Origin: Eledone cirrhosa
Lineage: Eukaryota
Assembly (NCBI GenBank): GCA_964016885.1
Contig: OZ024743.1
Span: forward strand, 240,436,001 to 240,500,000
Direction: 5' to 3'
DNA: 64,000 nucleotides
Shown here piece after piece: positions 29,318 to 40,697 of this stretch. The notes under the pieces are model-generated. The model worked only from the letters and a program-made list of their open reading frames with translations. It was not told the DNA's origin and did not search any database. Every line of letters begins with the position of its first letter. Position 1 is the first letter of the stretch. The position numbers were made by a program, and so were the translations under genes.

Positions 29318-29460
29318 GAGTATATGTTGGTTGTATACCAACACCTCAGTATGCAGGCTGGAGCACTCGACGAAGTGCGCAGGGTGGTTTGGTTACTCCG
29401 GAGTAACGTAAAATAAAGTTAAATAAAAAGTCAAATGTTTAAAAGTTAGCTTCGTTTATT

Positions 29461-29515
29461 ACTGCTATATATATTTCAGTGACAGCCATCTTTGGCTGTG
29501 ACCTCTTCAGGCAGT
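29461..29515 (-). ncRNA. Type I hammerhead ribozyme
   Basis: Exact reverse complement of 30116-30170. Confidence 0.8.
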
Positions 29516-30115
29516 CCGAATTAGTGTGGTATAGACAAGTACATATGTTGTTGAGGTGTATAATATTGTCAATACTCTGATATGCCCAGTTCCTGGTTGG
29601 GTTGTTATTTCACTGAGGAACTGGAATCATATGAATTCAAACAAACGAATTTCAGTGTCAAAGGACCTCTCCTCCTCTCATTGGTCAGTTGTTAGAACAT
29701 TCCTCATTCTAAGTGTTGTTATTGTTGGAGTTAACAAACACAAAGACTACAGGGAGCCTCACCCCAGAAAGAATTCTATAGACTTCTGACAGAATTCTAT
29801 AGACTTCAGAACTGACCAATGGGAAGTTTGACACTTTTTTTGTTATTTTGTTCCTTTAACACCTTGTCCCTTCTACCACTTTATCAATTTTTTAAGCTAA
29901 CTCCAACAATGACAACACTTAGAATGAGGAATGTTCTAACAACTGACCAATGAGAGGAGGAGAGGTCCTTTGACACTGAAATTCGTTTGTTTGAATTCAT
30001 ATGATTCCAGTTCCTCAGTGAAATAACAACCCAACCAGGAACTGGGCATATCAGAGTATTGACAATATTATACACCTCAACAACATATGTACTTGTCTAT
30101 ACCACACTAATTCGG

Positions 30116-30170
30116 ACTGCCTGAAGAGGTCACAGCCAAAGATGGCTGTCACTGAAATATATATAGCAGT
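30116..30170 (+). ncRNA. Type I hammerhead ribozyme
   Basis: actgc CTGAAGA ggt(c)acagcca aaga tggctgt(c)act GAAA tatat ATA gcagt, followed by AATAAA. Stem I is 5 bp, stem III is palindromic, and cleavage is predicted after 30165. Confidence 0.82.
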
Positions 30171-30205
30171 AATAAACGAAGCTAAATTTTAAACATTTGA
30201 CTTTT

Positions 30206-30241
<36 letters not shown>

Positions 30242-30784
30242 ATATATATATATATACATATAATATATATATATATATACATATAATATATATATATATA
30301 TACATATAATATATATATATATATATATACATATAATATGTATATATATATACATATAATATGTATATATATATATATACATATAATATATATATATATA
30401 AATATATTATATATATATATATATATAAATATATAATATATATATATATAAATATATAATATATATATATAAATATATAATATATATATATATAAATATA
30501 TAATATATATATATAAATATATAATATATATATATAAATATATAATATATATATATATAAATATATAATATATATATATAAATATATAATATATATATAT
30601 ATAAATATATAATATATATATATAAATATATAATATATATATATATAAATATATAATAGATATATATATATACATATAATATATATATATAAATATATAA
30701 AATATATATATACAAATATATAATATATATATATATATATAATATATATATATATAAATATATAATATATATATATATATATAA

Positions 30785-30827
<43 letters not shown>

Positions 30828-31205
30828 TATATATATATACATATAATATATATATATATAAATATATTTATATATATATATATAAATATATAATATATAT
30901 ATATATAATATATATATATATATAAAATATATATATATATAAAATATATATATATAAATAAATATATATATATATAAATATATAAATATATAATATATAT
31001 ATATATATAAATATATAATATATATATATATAATATATATATATATATAAATATATAGATTTTGAGTTTATGTTGGTTGTATACCAACACCTCAGTATGC
31101 AGGCTGGAGCACTCGACGAAGTGCGCAGGTTGGTTTGGTTACTCCGGAGTAGTGTAAAATAAAGTTAAATAAAAGTCAAATGATTAAAATTTAGCTTCGT
31201 TTATT

Positions 31206-31260
31206 ACTGCTATATATATTTCAGTGACAGCCATCTTTGGCTGTGACCTCTTCAGGCAGT
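31206..31260 (-). ncRNA. Type I hammerhead ribozyme in the 3' pLTR
   Basis: Same motif as 30116-30170. The 5' pLTR copy (35348-35380) is truncated inside stem II. Confidence 0.82.
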
Positions 31261-32465
31261 TTGAATTAGTATGGTATAGACAAGTACATATGTTATTTAG
31301 GTGTATGATATTGTCAATACTCTGATATGCCCAGTTCCTTGTTGGGTTGTTAATTCACTGGGGAACTGGAGTCATATGAATTCAAACAAACGAATTTTCG
31401 TGTCACAGGTCCCCTTCTCCTCTCATTGGTCAGTTATTAGAACATTCCTCATTCTAAGTGTTGTTATTGTTGGAGTTAGCTTAAAAATTGATAAAATGGT
31501 AGAAGGGACAAGGTGTTAAAGGAACAAAATAACAAAAAAAGTGTCAAACTTCCCATTGTTCAGTTCTGAGAGCATTTCTCAGTCAGAAGTCTATATAATT
31601 CTTTCTGGGGTGAGGCTCCCTGTAGTGTTTTTGCCTGCTATTGTTCAGTACATTTGACCTCCACCATTATTTTGGTACTGTTGTTGTTGTAGTGGTTAGC
31701 TTATATCTTGCTGCTGCTAACAATTTAGAAGTATCCAGTTTGTGTTTTTTCTTCATCCCTCCCGCCACCATCGTGGTGGTGGTGGTTTGGTGGGGGGGGG
31801 GGGGTGTTATTTCATGTATATGAAGAAATATAAGGCAATAAATGAAGAAAACAGAAAATAAATAAATAATATAATAAAATAAAATAATATAATTTGTGTA
31901 ATTTGAAAATAAATAAATAAATAGAGAATAAAGAATAAAGAGTAAATGAGAGATTGGTGAAAAAGTAATGATAATGTATATGGAGAAGTGAGAAATAATG
32001 TAGGATAAAGTGTGTGTGTGTGTGCTATAACCAATCTTAAGGTCAGAATATGTTGGATAGATTGGTATGATACAAGATGTTAAGATGAGATATTCAATGT
32101 GTTTGTGTTATAGTCTATCTCAACTTAAAATAAATATAAGGTGATACAGTGAAGAGGGCAGAAAACAAATAACAAATTAATAAAGAGAAATCAAGATTTA
32201 AGATTGGAACTTGAAAGTCAGAAATCTGGTAAATTAAAAGTGTTTGTGTTATAGATGTTGGCCAAATTATTATGGCTGTGTCCGATTCTATCTCTAGGCT
32301 ATCATGGTGTCTGCTCCGCCCGGGTTGTTCCCTGTGGCTTGAGGGAGTTCACAACCTAGGGTGTTGTTATTGCCCATATAGCTTGAGGGAGGTCTGGCCG
32401 AGAGGTGTTTTCATGTTCTGTAGAAGTCCCTATAGCTTGAGGGGAGTTCATATCTTCTTGTGTTG

Positions 32466-35145
32466 CTACTGTCCATATATTTTGAGAAAGGTCCCGGCTC
32501 TAAGGTGTCTGCATGTCCCGAAGAAGTCGGTTCTGAGGTTTATCAGGCCGCTTCCACCTCTTAGTATCTCGAGGGTCTCGTTCAGGCATAGTTTGCATAT
32601 GCAAGAACCCCCTTTATCGGGTGGTACTTTCCTGATTATGTACCAGGCCAGAGAGTATGGGGTCCTGTCCAGCTTAAGCTTCCAGATCAGGTCGGAGAGA
32701 GCTGTGCTTTTCCTTTTGGCCTCCTTCTTGAATGAATGGCGATGGTTGTACCAGCGGTCCTTAAAGCTCGTTGATGTGGCTCCTATGTAGAGGTGTTCGG
32801 AGTTGGGGGTTTTAACCCTACAACCGTACACTAAGTTCTTCTTGAGACATTCATTACCAAGGGGGCATGATTCGGGGTTTCTGCAGTTGCAGAGGGTGGT
32901 CGGCCTCTGCGTGCCTAGATTAGGGTTCTCATTATGTGTTACATGTTGATCTTCCCCCATGCTCGGTGGGGGGTCCTTGGGTCTGTTTGTGTTTCTTGGG
33001 TGGGCTCTGGGTCCCCCCTTCCCTCCTTTCACATGGTTCTGCTGAGTGTTTGTATTGCCATCTTCTGGTTGTGTGTGGTTTTTAAGCCTACTTCTGTTGA
33101 TGCTAGCTATGTGTTGGGCCAAATTTCTCGTGGTGGAATACGAAAGCTTCACAGTGTGTCTGTTGAAGATCCTGTGGTATCTGTGGTCCCTCGGGAAGCA
33201 TTTGTCAAGTGCTCCAAAGAATAATCGGGCCAAGATTTTCTTTAGGGCCGCTGAGTAGGGTGGGTTGTACCACGTGATTTGTCGGTGTCTCCTCCTACAT
33301 GTGTGGGTTGGGGGCTTCGTGATTTGTTGGAGATTTGTTGGGTTGCTGGTGGTTTCCGCACTGTTGCTTCCCTTTTGGGCTCTATACTTTTTGTTATCTT
33401 CGCGGCCCGGATTTGTCGGGTGGTTGTTGTCCGCCCCGGGAGATCCATCGTGGGGTGGTCGCCCGTTTCCTCCCCCCCCACGTGTCCTGCGGTTGGGGTT
33501 GTCCGTCCTGGGGTAGTTAGCGTCACGCCTGAGACTGCTACTCATATTGTGCTCCATCTCGTGGTCAAGCGCACTAGTCCCCACCGCCCGTGTGGTGGTG
33601 TCTGGTACATGGTGCCTATTTGATTCTGCTCTGCCTGTATTGTTAGGGTTCGCCCTCCCCCCTCTGGCAACGCGGTTGTGGGTTTCTGTTGGGCTATCCA
33701 CCTCCCGGCTTTTCGGACTATATGTTATATTTTGTCCATGTGACGCCTTCTTTAGAGCTGCGTTGTAATATTCCGCGTGGTTGTTGAATATTTCCTTACT
33801 TGCGGACAGGCTGGAGATCCTGTCCGAGACACTCTTCACCACTGCCTTGGTTATGGATCTAGGGTGGTTTGATTTGGCGTTAACATATACGATTTTCTCG
33901 TTGGGCTTGTGGTAGGGGTAGTATTGCTCGGTGTTCAGGTTTAGGGTGGTGTCTAGGAAGTTAACTACCTTCCTATTTGGGTCTATTTCTATGCTGAGTC
34001 CCTGGTTCTTAAAGAAATGGCGAATACGCCTCCTCATACCCTCCAACATATTGGTGCTGTGGTCATGTACTGTGAATAGAGCATCATCACGATATAATCC
34101 GCCACCCAGGCAGGGCATTTCATCTTTTATCTGCTTCAGCAGGTAGAGCCCAACCAGGTCCGTTACCTGCGCTGAGTCGCTGGAGCCCATCGTGATGTCA
34201 AAGTTATTTGGCCAATCACTCCTGGTCCAAAGGTCTCCATCGAAGCGGATTAAGGTCTTTCTTGCGGCGTGGATGATGCTCACCTCCTCTCGGGTTAGGT
34301 CCGTATTGGACATCGCTAAAAATAGGACCTTATTAAGTACTATGGGTGAGATTGAGGAGTAGTAGCTTGGGATGTCCAGTTGTATAAAGCTGGTCCTACT
34401 TTTCTCATGCAGTATTTTGAACCATTCTATTACTTCTCTCGTGCATGACCATTGCTGTAATTTGGTTTTCTTCCGAAGCTTGGGCAAAATCCTATCCAGT
34501 ATTCTTTTACTGACGATCCCTAGGTCAGATCTGGAGGGGGCTATTAGTCTGACAGGGAGGTCGGACTCAAAGTTTGACTTGTGGTCTTTAAGGGTAATCC
34601 GCGGCTCCCTTGGTTGGTATGGGGCCGTCCTGTCCTCTATGCCGATTCTGGATATAATCCTGTAAGCTGTGGCATTGATCTCATCCAGGGTAAATCCAGG
34701 TGTTTTTTTGTAGCACTTCCTCAGTTCCCTGAGGATTAGCTTATTGTACAGTTCAGTATTCATGTTGTAGAGGTTGTTTGTTTTGTCAGCATGGACAAGT
34801 ATTCCAGTTGTCCCTTTAAGTACTGTAATCCGGTTTCTCAGGTGTCTGAGGTACTCCTGACTTCTGGTTGGGTTTCCGGAGAATTTGAGGTTGGATATGA
34901 TGTTAATCATCTCGTTTTCAAACTCCTCCATTAGTCTGTTGTGGGGGGGGATTCCTCCTTGATCGAAAAAGGTACTCCATGTTTTCTGTGTTTGTAGTTT
35001 TCTGCGTTCCTCTTTCGAAGTGGAACGCCTTCCATCTCATCCTACGGATGAGGGAGTCCGTACTCTTGATGAGATCACTGGTGTATTCTCGTTTATCAGG
35101 TAGGGGGATGTCCTTCAGTGACGCTAAGGTTGCCAGTTTATCCAT
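32466..35145 (-). pseudogene. PLE polyprotein (RT + GIY-YIG endonuclease), one frameshift at a G/C homopolymer near 34945
   Basis: The N-terminal SLKDIPLP..Y...LI...IRRMRWKA (34918-35145) continues into an 821-aa ORF with HADKTNN, QLDI.SYYSSI, TMGS.DSA...DLVG, GLYRDD, VNFLD, WYNPPYS and CNC...CPL...YIGATSTSFKDRWYNH. Confidence 0.9.
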
Positions 35146-35708
35146 AGTGACTTAGGTCCGCTACTGTTTGAAGCGCTCAACCCGTGTGGGAGCTAGATAG
35201 ATTTTGAGTTTATGTTGGTTGTATACGAACACCTCAGTATGCAGGCTGGAGCACTTGACGAAGTGCGCAGGTTGGTTTGGTTACTCCGGAGTAGTGTAAA
35301 ATAAAGTTAAATAAAAGTCAAATGATTAAAATTTAGCTTCGTTTATTACTGCTATATATATTTCAGTGACAGCCATCTTTATATATATATATAAATAATA
35401 TATATATATATATATTATATATATATATATTATATATATATTATATATATATATATATATTATATATTTATATATATATATTTATATATATATATATACA
35501 TATATATATATTATATATATATATATATATATTATATATTATATATATATTATATATTATATATATATATATTATATATTGATATATATATATATACATA
35601 CATATATATTATATATATATATATATATTATATATTATATATATATATTATATATATATAGAGATATATATATATTATATATATATATATTATATATATT
35701 ATATATTT

Positions 35709-36215
35709 GAAACGAAATTTAATTTCGTTTCGTTATTTGTTTTTATCGTCTCCGCTGAACCGGTGCGTACTCACACTCTATGCAAATTAGTCTGCCCACT
35801 ACTAATTTTCATAGAAAAAGCATATAACGATATGTGCTTTTACAATTCTCCAGAAAGGCCGGTAGATAGGTAAATATTGCTGATGAGTTGTAACAACAAC
35901 GAAACTAGTTCAATATTCCTTGTCTGGCTTTTTGAAGAATAGGGGGAAGGTGTTCCCCCGAAAAACCAGTATGACTCTAAAAACCGGTTTGTCTGTGTGT
36001 TTACATACAGAATAGCTGGGCCGCTCACTGTAAAGCGACCAGTGAAAGACTTGGTACACCTACATAGGTATACGTGTGTGTATTCATATACACACTAGTA
36101 TTTCAGTATGCATATGTAGATGTACATTTTTTTAACTTAATTGTTTAAGCGTCAGTCATACAAAAGTGAGTTACAAACGAAACGAAATTTAATTTCGTTT
36201 CGTTATTTGTTTTTA
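35709..36215 (+). mobile_element. Non-coding 470-bp unit with 37-bp terminal redundancy and an intact HHR (retrozyme-like)
   Basis: gaaacgaaatttaatttcgtttcgttatttgttttta occurs at both 35709 and 36179. There is no meaningful ORF, and both flanks are (TA)n. Confidence 0.7.
35873..35917 (+). ncRNA. Minimal type I hammerhead ribozyme with canonical core
   Basis: aatattg CTGATGA gttgt aaca acaac GAAA cta GTT caatatt. Stem I is a perfect 7 bp, stem II is 5 bp, stem III is palindromic (AACTAGTT), and cleavage is predicted after 35910. Confidence 0.88.
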
Positions 36216-36235
36216 TATATATATATATATATATT

Positions 36236-36556
36236 AGAAAGTGAGGTTTTTTTTACAAAATGAAAAATAACCGAGGTGTCCTACACAAGTGAAAGTATAA
36301 AGAAAAAGAGATGAAATCGAAAATGCAACTGGAGTCTTATTTTTTTTTTTAAATATATATATTTATTTGGTTCCTTTACCGGTTTCGCAGTTCTTCTGCT
36401 TTTCAAAAGGTGAGTTGAGATGGAGGGTCTGTGGTCCATCTCAACTCACCTTTTGAAAAGCAGAAGAACTGCGAAACCGGTAAAGGAACCAAATAAATAT
36501 ATATATTTAAAAAAAAAAATAAGACTCCAGTTGCATTTTCGATTTCATCTCTTTTT

Positions 36557-36564
<8 letters not shown>
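36236..36564. mobile_element. Palindromic element (~130-bp arms, 10-bp loop) with an HHR in each arm
   Basis: About 36295-36424 is the reverse complement of 36435-36564, around the loop gggtctgtgg. Confidence 0.8.
36449..36486 (+). ncRNA. Minimal hammerhead with U3-A8 variant core (mirror copy on minus strand at 36373-36410)
   Basis: cctt TTGAAAA gcag aagaa ctgc GAAA ccg GTA aagg, with palindromic stem III (ACCGGT). Confidence 0.72.
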
Positions 36565-36624
<60 letters not shown>

Positions 36625-36627
36625 ATA

Positions 36628-37635
36628 TATATGAATGAAAATAGACCGAGAAACGTGACTGTCCATCATCAGTGGTCTGCTGATTATCATTGGTATTTCT
36701 TCGCATTAAAGACCAGATACCTCAAAATCAGTGCGAGCAATAACTTATTTAAATTATTGTGACAGAGCTAATTGGATGGGGAAAGCGTGACAGAAAACAA
36801 ACAACATAGTAGTAATGCAACGTAAAGAGAGGAAAAGAGAGACAGGTCAGTGATACTTGTGGACTTAAGTCCGAACAAATCAATCGACGAGAAGAGGCAG
36901 ACACGTCCGAACCACCTGAAAAGTGAGAGAGAAAAGGATTTCACACAGGTCAGACGGGAGGAAGTGATAGAGGGGGAGTAGCAGAGAGTGAGTGAGTGAA
37001 GGTGTGAGGAAGAGGCCAGCCGAGAGAGTGTGTGACCAGAAGAAATCTTTTTCCCTCTCACTTTTCTCGTGTCTGCCTTTTCTCGTCGATTGATTTGTTC
37101 GGACTTAAGTCCACAAGTACCATTGACTTGTCTCTCTTTTCCTCTCTTTACGTTGCATTACTACTATGTTGTTTGTTTTCTTCCTGCTTTCCCCATCCAA
37201 TTCTTTCTGTACCAATAACTTAAATAAGTTATTGCTCGCACTGATTTTGAAGTATCTGGTCTTTAATGCGAAGAAATACCAATGATAATCAGCAGACTAC
37301 TGATGATGGACAGTCCCGTTTCTCGGTCTATTTTTCATTCATATGTATCACACTCGCAACAACGCAGCACGCCATTTTTTCATTCATATATAATTTTTTC
37401 CCGCGCTGTTGTTTGTCTTTTTTCTATCACCTTACTGCTATCCTCTTTCTCTCTCCCCCCTTCTCTCTCCTTGTACCTCTTGCTTTGATTCACCCCTTCT
37501 GCTGGTCACACACTCTCTCGGCTGGCCTCTTCCTCCCATCTTCACTCACTCACTCTCTGCTACTCCCCTTCTCTCACTTCCTCCCATCTGACCTGTGTGA
37601 AATCCTTTTCTCTCTCACTTTTCACGTGGTTCGGC
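36628..37635. mobile_element. Non-coding circularly permuted ~560-bp unit plus inverted partial copy; decayed HHR
   Basis: 36628-36905 is the reverse complement of about 37066-37345, and 36906-37040 is the reverse complement of about 37497-37635. The motif CTGATGA tggacagtc..cgtttc tcggtct occurs at about 37299. Confidence 0.65.
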
Positions 37636-37716
37636 CATCCAAAAATGTGTAAATATGTATATACACATGTACATATGTATGTGTATGCGTGTGTACATAT
37701 GTATGTGTATGTATAT

Positions 37717-38438
37717 GCCTGTGGTGTCAGGGAGGGGTATGTACCTCTTTAGCGGGGGCTAGCCATGCCCTTTTCAGGACAGCTCATCCTGCATTGGGTC
37801 CCACCTGACACTCAGCTCTCATCTGTGGCCCCAAGAAGCTGTAGCATGCGCCAGCAGCCACACCCGGGTAAACTGCCTTGGCTGGCGGGCCAAACCAGGT
37901 TGAGGGTAGCCGGGCGGGTGTGAAACCCCCTGGTGAGTTAGATAGGGGATACCTTCCCCTGCATGCGAAGACTGGACCCAGCGGAGTGAGTGGAGGAGGA
38001 CAACATCGTCCCAATGGTCACGAAGGCAGCGACAGCAAGCAGTGTGAAGCGCTAGGGCACGGCAAGGCACTAGACGTCGTGGCCATCCACTGCAGCCAAG
38101 GAAGTCCCTGGTCGTGACGGTCCTCCGTACCACCGGATTCTGGCTTCTGCGGCCGAGTGAGTGGGACTGTCAGTGTGCACTGGCCCTCCCACTATAAACC
38201 TTTCCCGCACAGGTTTCTTCTTTAGCGTGCATTCCCAAAGGCCTGCGGCAATAGGCAAGAGGCGGAGGTAACAGGTGGAGGTTACCTCTGGGAGTTGCCA
38301 GTCTGACTCCGGGCTCTTCCCCTGCCCCCACTGTCCCCGGATTTGCAAGTCAAGGATCGGCCTCCACAGCCACCTTCGTGCCCACGGCAGACGGGAACAA
38401 CAATAAAGAAGATGTCATCATCGTTTACGATGGACAAC

Positions 38439-38443
<5 letters not shown>
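37717..38443 (+). mobile_element. Internally deleted BovB-like RTE derivative (5' UTR fused to 3' end)
   Basis: A GC-rich RTE-type 5' UTR is joined at about 38255 to sequence encoding the terminal C2H2 finger FPCPHCPRICKSRIGLHSHLRAH and a short 3' UTR. Confidence 0.7.
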
Positions 38444-38479
<36 letters not shown>

Positions 38480-38483
<4 letters not shown>

Positions 38484-38880
38484 ATTTAAGTATCGAGAGA
38501 AAGAAGAGATAGCCGATACATGTAGTTATTTGCCAATAGCATATGCAAAACGTGCTGAATACTTGTGCCTGCAGTGTTAAATATTAGAAGTGTTAATATC
38601 TCGTGGGCGAGAAAATAAGCAGAGCGGATACACGTGGAGAAGTATATAAAGGAGAACAAATAGTTAAAACATGTTTATTTAAAACAGCACCTACGTACGT
38701 TTTGCCCGAAAGGGCTTCTCACGGGCATAAAAAACTAAAAAGCGTTCCTTACATGACCCAGAAGGGGTTTTAGAGATAAGTTCACATCACAGTTCATTCT
38801 TCGTAAAAAACATGTATTGATTTTTGCAGTAAATCAAGGGAGATAACTCTAGCTGGTGTTAGGGCAGTGTTCCCCAGGCT
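38480..38880 (-). mobile_element. Solo pLTR-like fragment of the 16802-18977 PLE family with decayed HHR (38686-38728)
   Basis: Colinear with 16802-17200. The motif is GTGAGAA gccc tttc gggc AAAA cgtac GTA, with two core substitutions. Confidence 0.8.
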
Positions 38881-38892
38881 TATATACTTCTC

Positions 38893-38949
<57 letters not shown>

Positions 38950-39997
38950 TGTATATAACTTTGATAGGTTTCGGACAGTATTGGCCCAGGCCATGTCTAA
39001 CTTAATAGCACCACCTGGCGAAGTTTTACAAATTAGTGTTTGGGCACCATGGCCCACTCGAGCAGAGAGTTATTGTTTACAGAGGCATATCCGGGTGTAG
39101 AAGGCTTATCCGGGATTTCTTGAAGAAATTTATCCAAAGACTTCTTGAACTTGATGGGGTCTGTCTCTGCTTTGATGTGTTTTGGTGTAATGTTAAAGAG
39201 TGCAGGGCCAATTGAGGTGAAATAATTGTGCTGTATTGTTGTTATGAGATGTGAATGAGATTTTTGTCGTGGGCGGATAGCACGGAGCCCAAGCCTTGGG
39301 TGTACATTAAAGGTGATGCCAACATAATTTGGGCAAAGCTGATGGAATATTTTCCACATCATGCAGATAATGTAGCGCTCACGTCGACGTTGGAGAGAAT
39401 AAAGGTTGAGCTTTTCTAATCGACGCCAATAGTCAAGGCCTGTCATGCCATCTATCTTTTTTGTAATTGACCTTTGGGGTGCTTCAACTTTCATGATACT
39501 TTATTTTGTGTGGGGTGACCACAGTGGACAACAGTATTCAAGGTGGGGTCGGGCAAAAGTGGAGAAGAGAAGGATAACAGCGTGGATATCTCTCGACTGG
39601 AAAGTTCTGAGAATCCAGGAACACATTCTGCGGGCCATATCAACTTTGCTGTTTATATGAGTTGCCCAGCTTATGTTGTTGTCCACAATTAATCCCAGGT
39701 CTCTGATGTTATGGGAAGCCACTAGAGTTTCACCCGAAGGAAGAGTGCATGGTAGTTCCAAGGCATCCTTTTTTCCAAAGTGGATTAATTCAAACTTATC
39801 CTCATTCAACAGCATATTATTCATTTCTGCCCATTGGATAACAGCCAGTAGGTCTGACTGAAGGCTAGTCCGGTCACCCACCTCATTGATGACCCTTTGG
39901 AGCTTGGAATGAATCATCTGCGAAGATTCTTACGTTGCAGTGTTTGATGATGTCAGTAATGTCATTAATGTAGATGATGAAAAGAAGTGGGCCAACA

Positions 39998-40000
<3 letters not shown>
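38950..40000 (-). mobile_element. CR1-type LINE fragment (second family), frameshifted
   Basis: GPLLFIIYIND...FADD, RPHLEYCCPLWSPH and YWRRLEKLNLYSLQRRRERY. Confidence 0.88.
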
Positions 40001-40046
<46 letters not shown>

Positions 40047-40316
40047 CATATATATATATATACATATCATCATCATCATCGTTTAACGTCCATCTTCCAC
40101 ACTAGCATGGGTTAGACGGGAGTTGTGCCACTTGAGGCAAGGTTGGTCGGGTGACCGTGTCTCGCTCGTATAGGACTATCTGGCAGGCTTTCTACGGCTG
40201 CATGCCCTTCCTAACACCAACCACATTTACAGCATATATATATATATATATACTGTGTTTATATATATATAGTGACAAAACATAAGTCAATTGCATGAAC
40301 TCCTAATCCTTTATTT

Positions 40317-40372
40317 ACTGCTATATATATTTCGATGATAGCCATTGAGTGGCTATGACCTCATCAGGCAGT
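40317..40372 (-). ncRNA. Type I hammerhead ribozyme (subfamily of 30116-30170)
   Basis: actgc CTGATGA ggt(c)atagcca ctcaa tggctat(c)atc GAAA tatat ATA gcagt. Stem II shows compensatory changes relative to the 30116 copy. Confidence 0.85.
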
Positions 40373-40656
40373 TAGTTAGTTCTTCTTAGATATACCAGCT
40401 CTGTGTTTATGGTGTTGATTGTATCAGAGCCTTGGGACATATATATATATACTATTAATTCAAAATATTAATAAATGTAGACATTCACGTATATATATAT
40501 AAATAATAATACTATTTATAGTTATGTATATACTATAAACAACTATAAACAGGAAGTCCAGTAATTTCTTAATTACCTTATTACCAGTAAGAGAAATAGC
40601 TCAATGTAGGAACATCAGTTGTTTTACAGAGCAGGAAAATAAATATATATCTACTG

Positions 40657-40690
<34 letters not shown>

Positions 40691-40697
<7 letters not shown>

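Larger units (their letters stand above)
29311..30205. mobile_element. Non-coding PLE terminal fragment with 5' inversion (family of 31056-35380); two opposed HHRs
   Basis: 29311-29733 matches 31057-31478, and 29734-30205 is the reverse complement of about 31170-31640. It abuts (AG)n on the left and (TA)n on the right. Confidence 0.88.
31056..35380 (-). mobile_element. Near-complete Naiad-type Penelope-like element with direct pLTRs
   Basis: A direct repeat of about 180 bp lies at 31056-31238 and 35197-35380, with an RT-GIY-YIG ORF between them and an HHR in the pLTR. Both ends lie in (TA)n. Confidence 0.93.

Noticed and set aside
21009-31090. Many long Y/I/M/C/V-rich ORFs (for example 496 aa at 23387-24877)
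   Set aside because: They are translations of (TA)n/(TG)n microsatellites that lack stops by composition.
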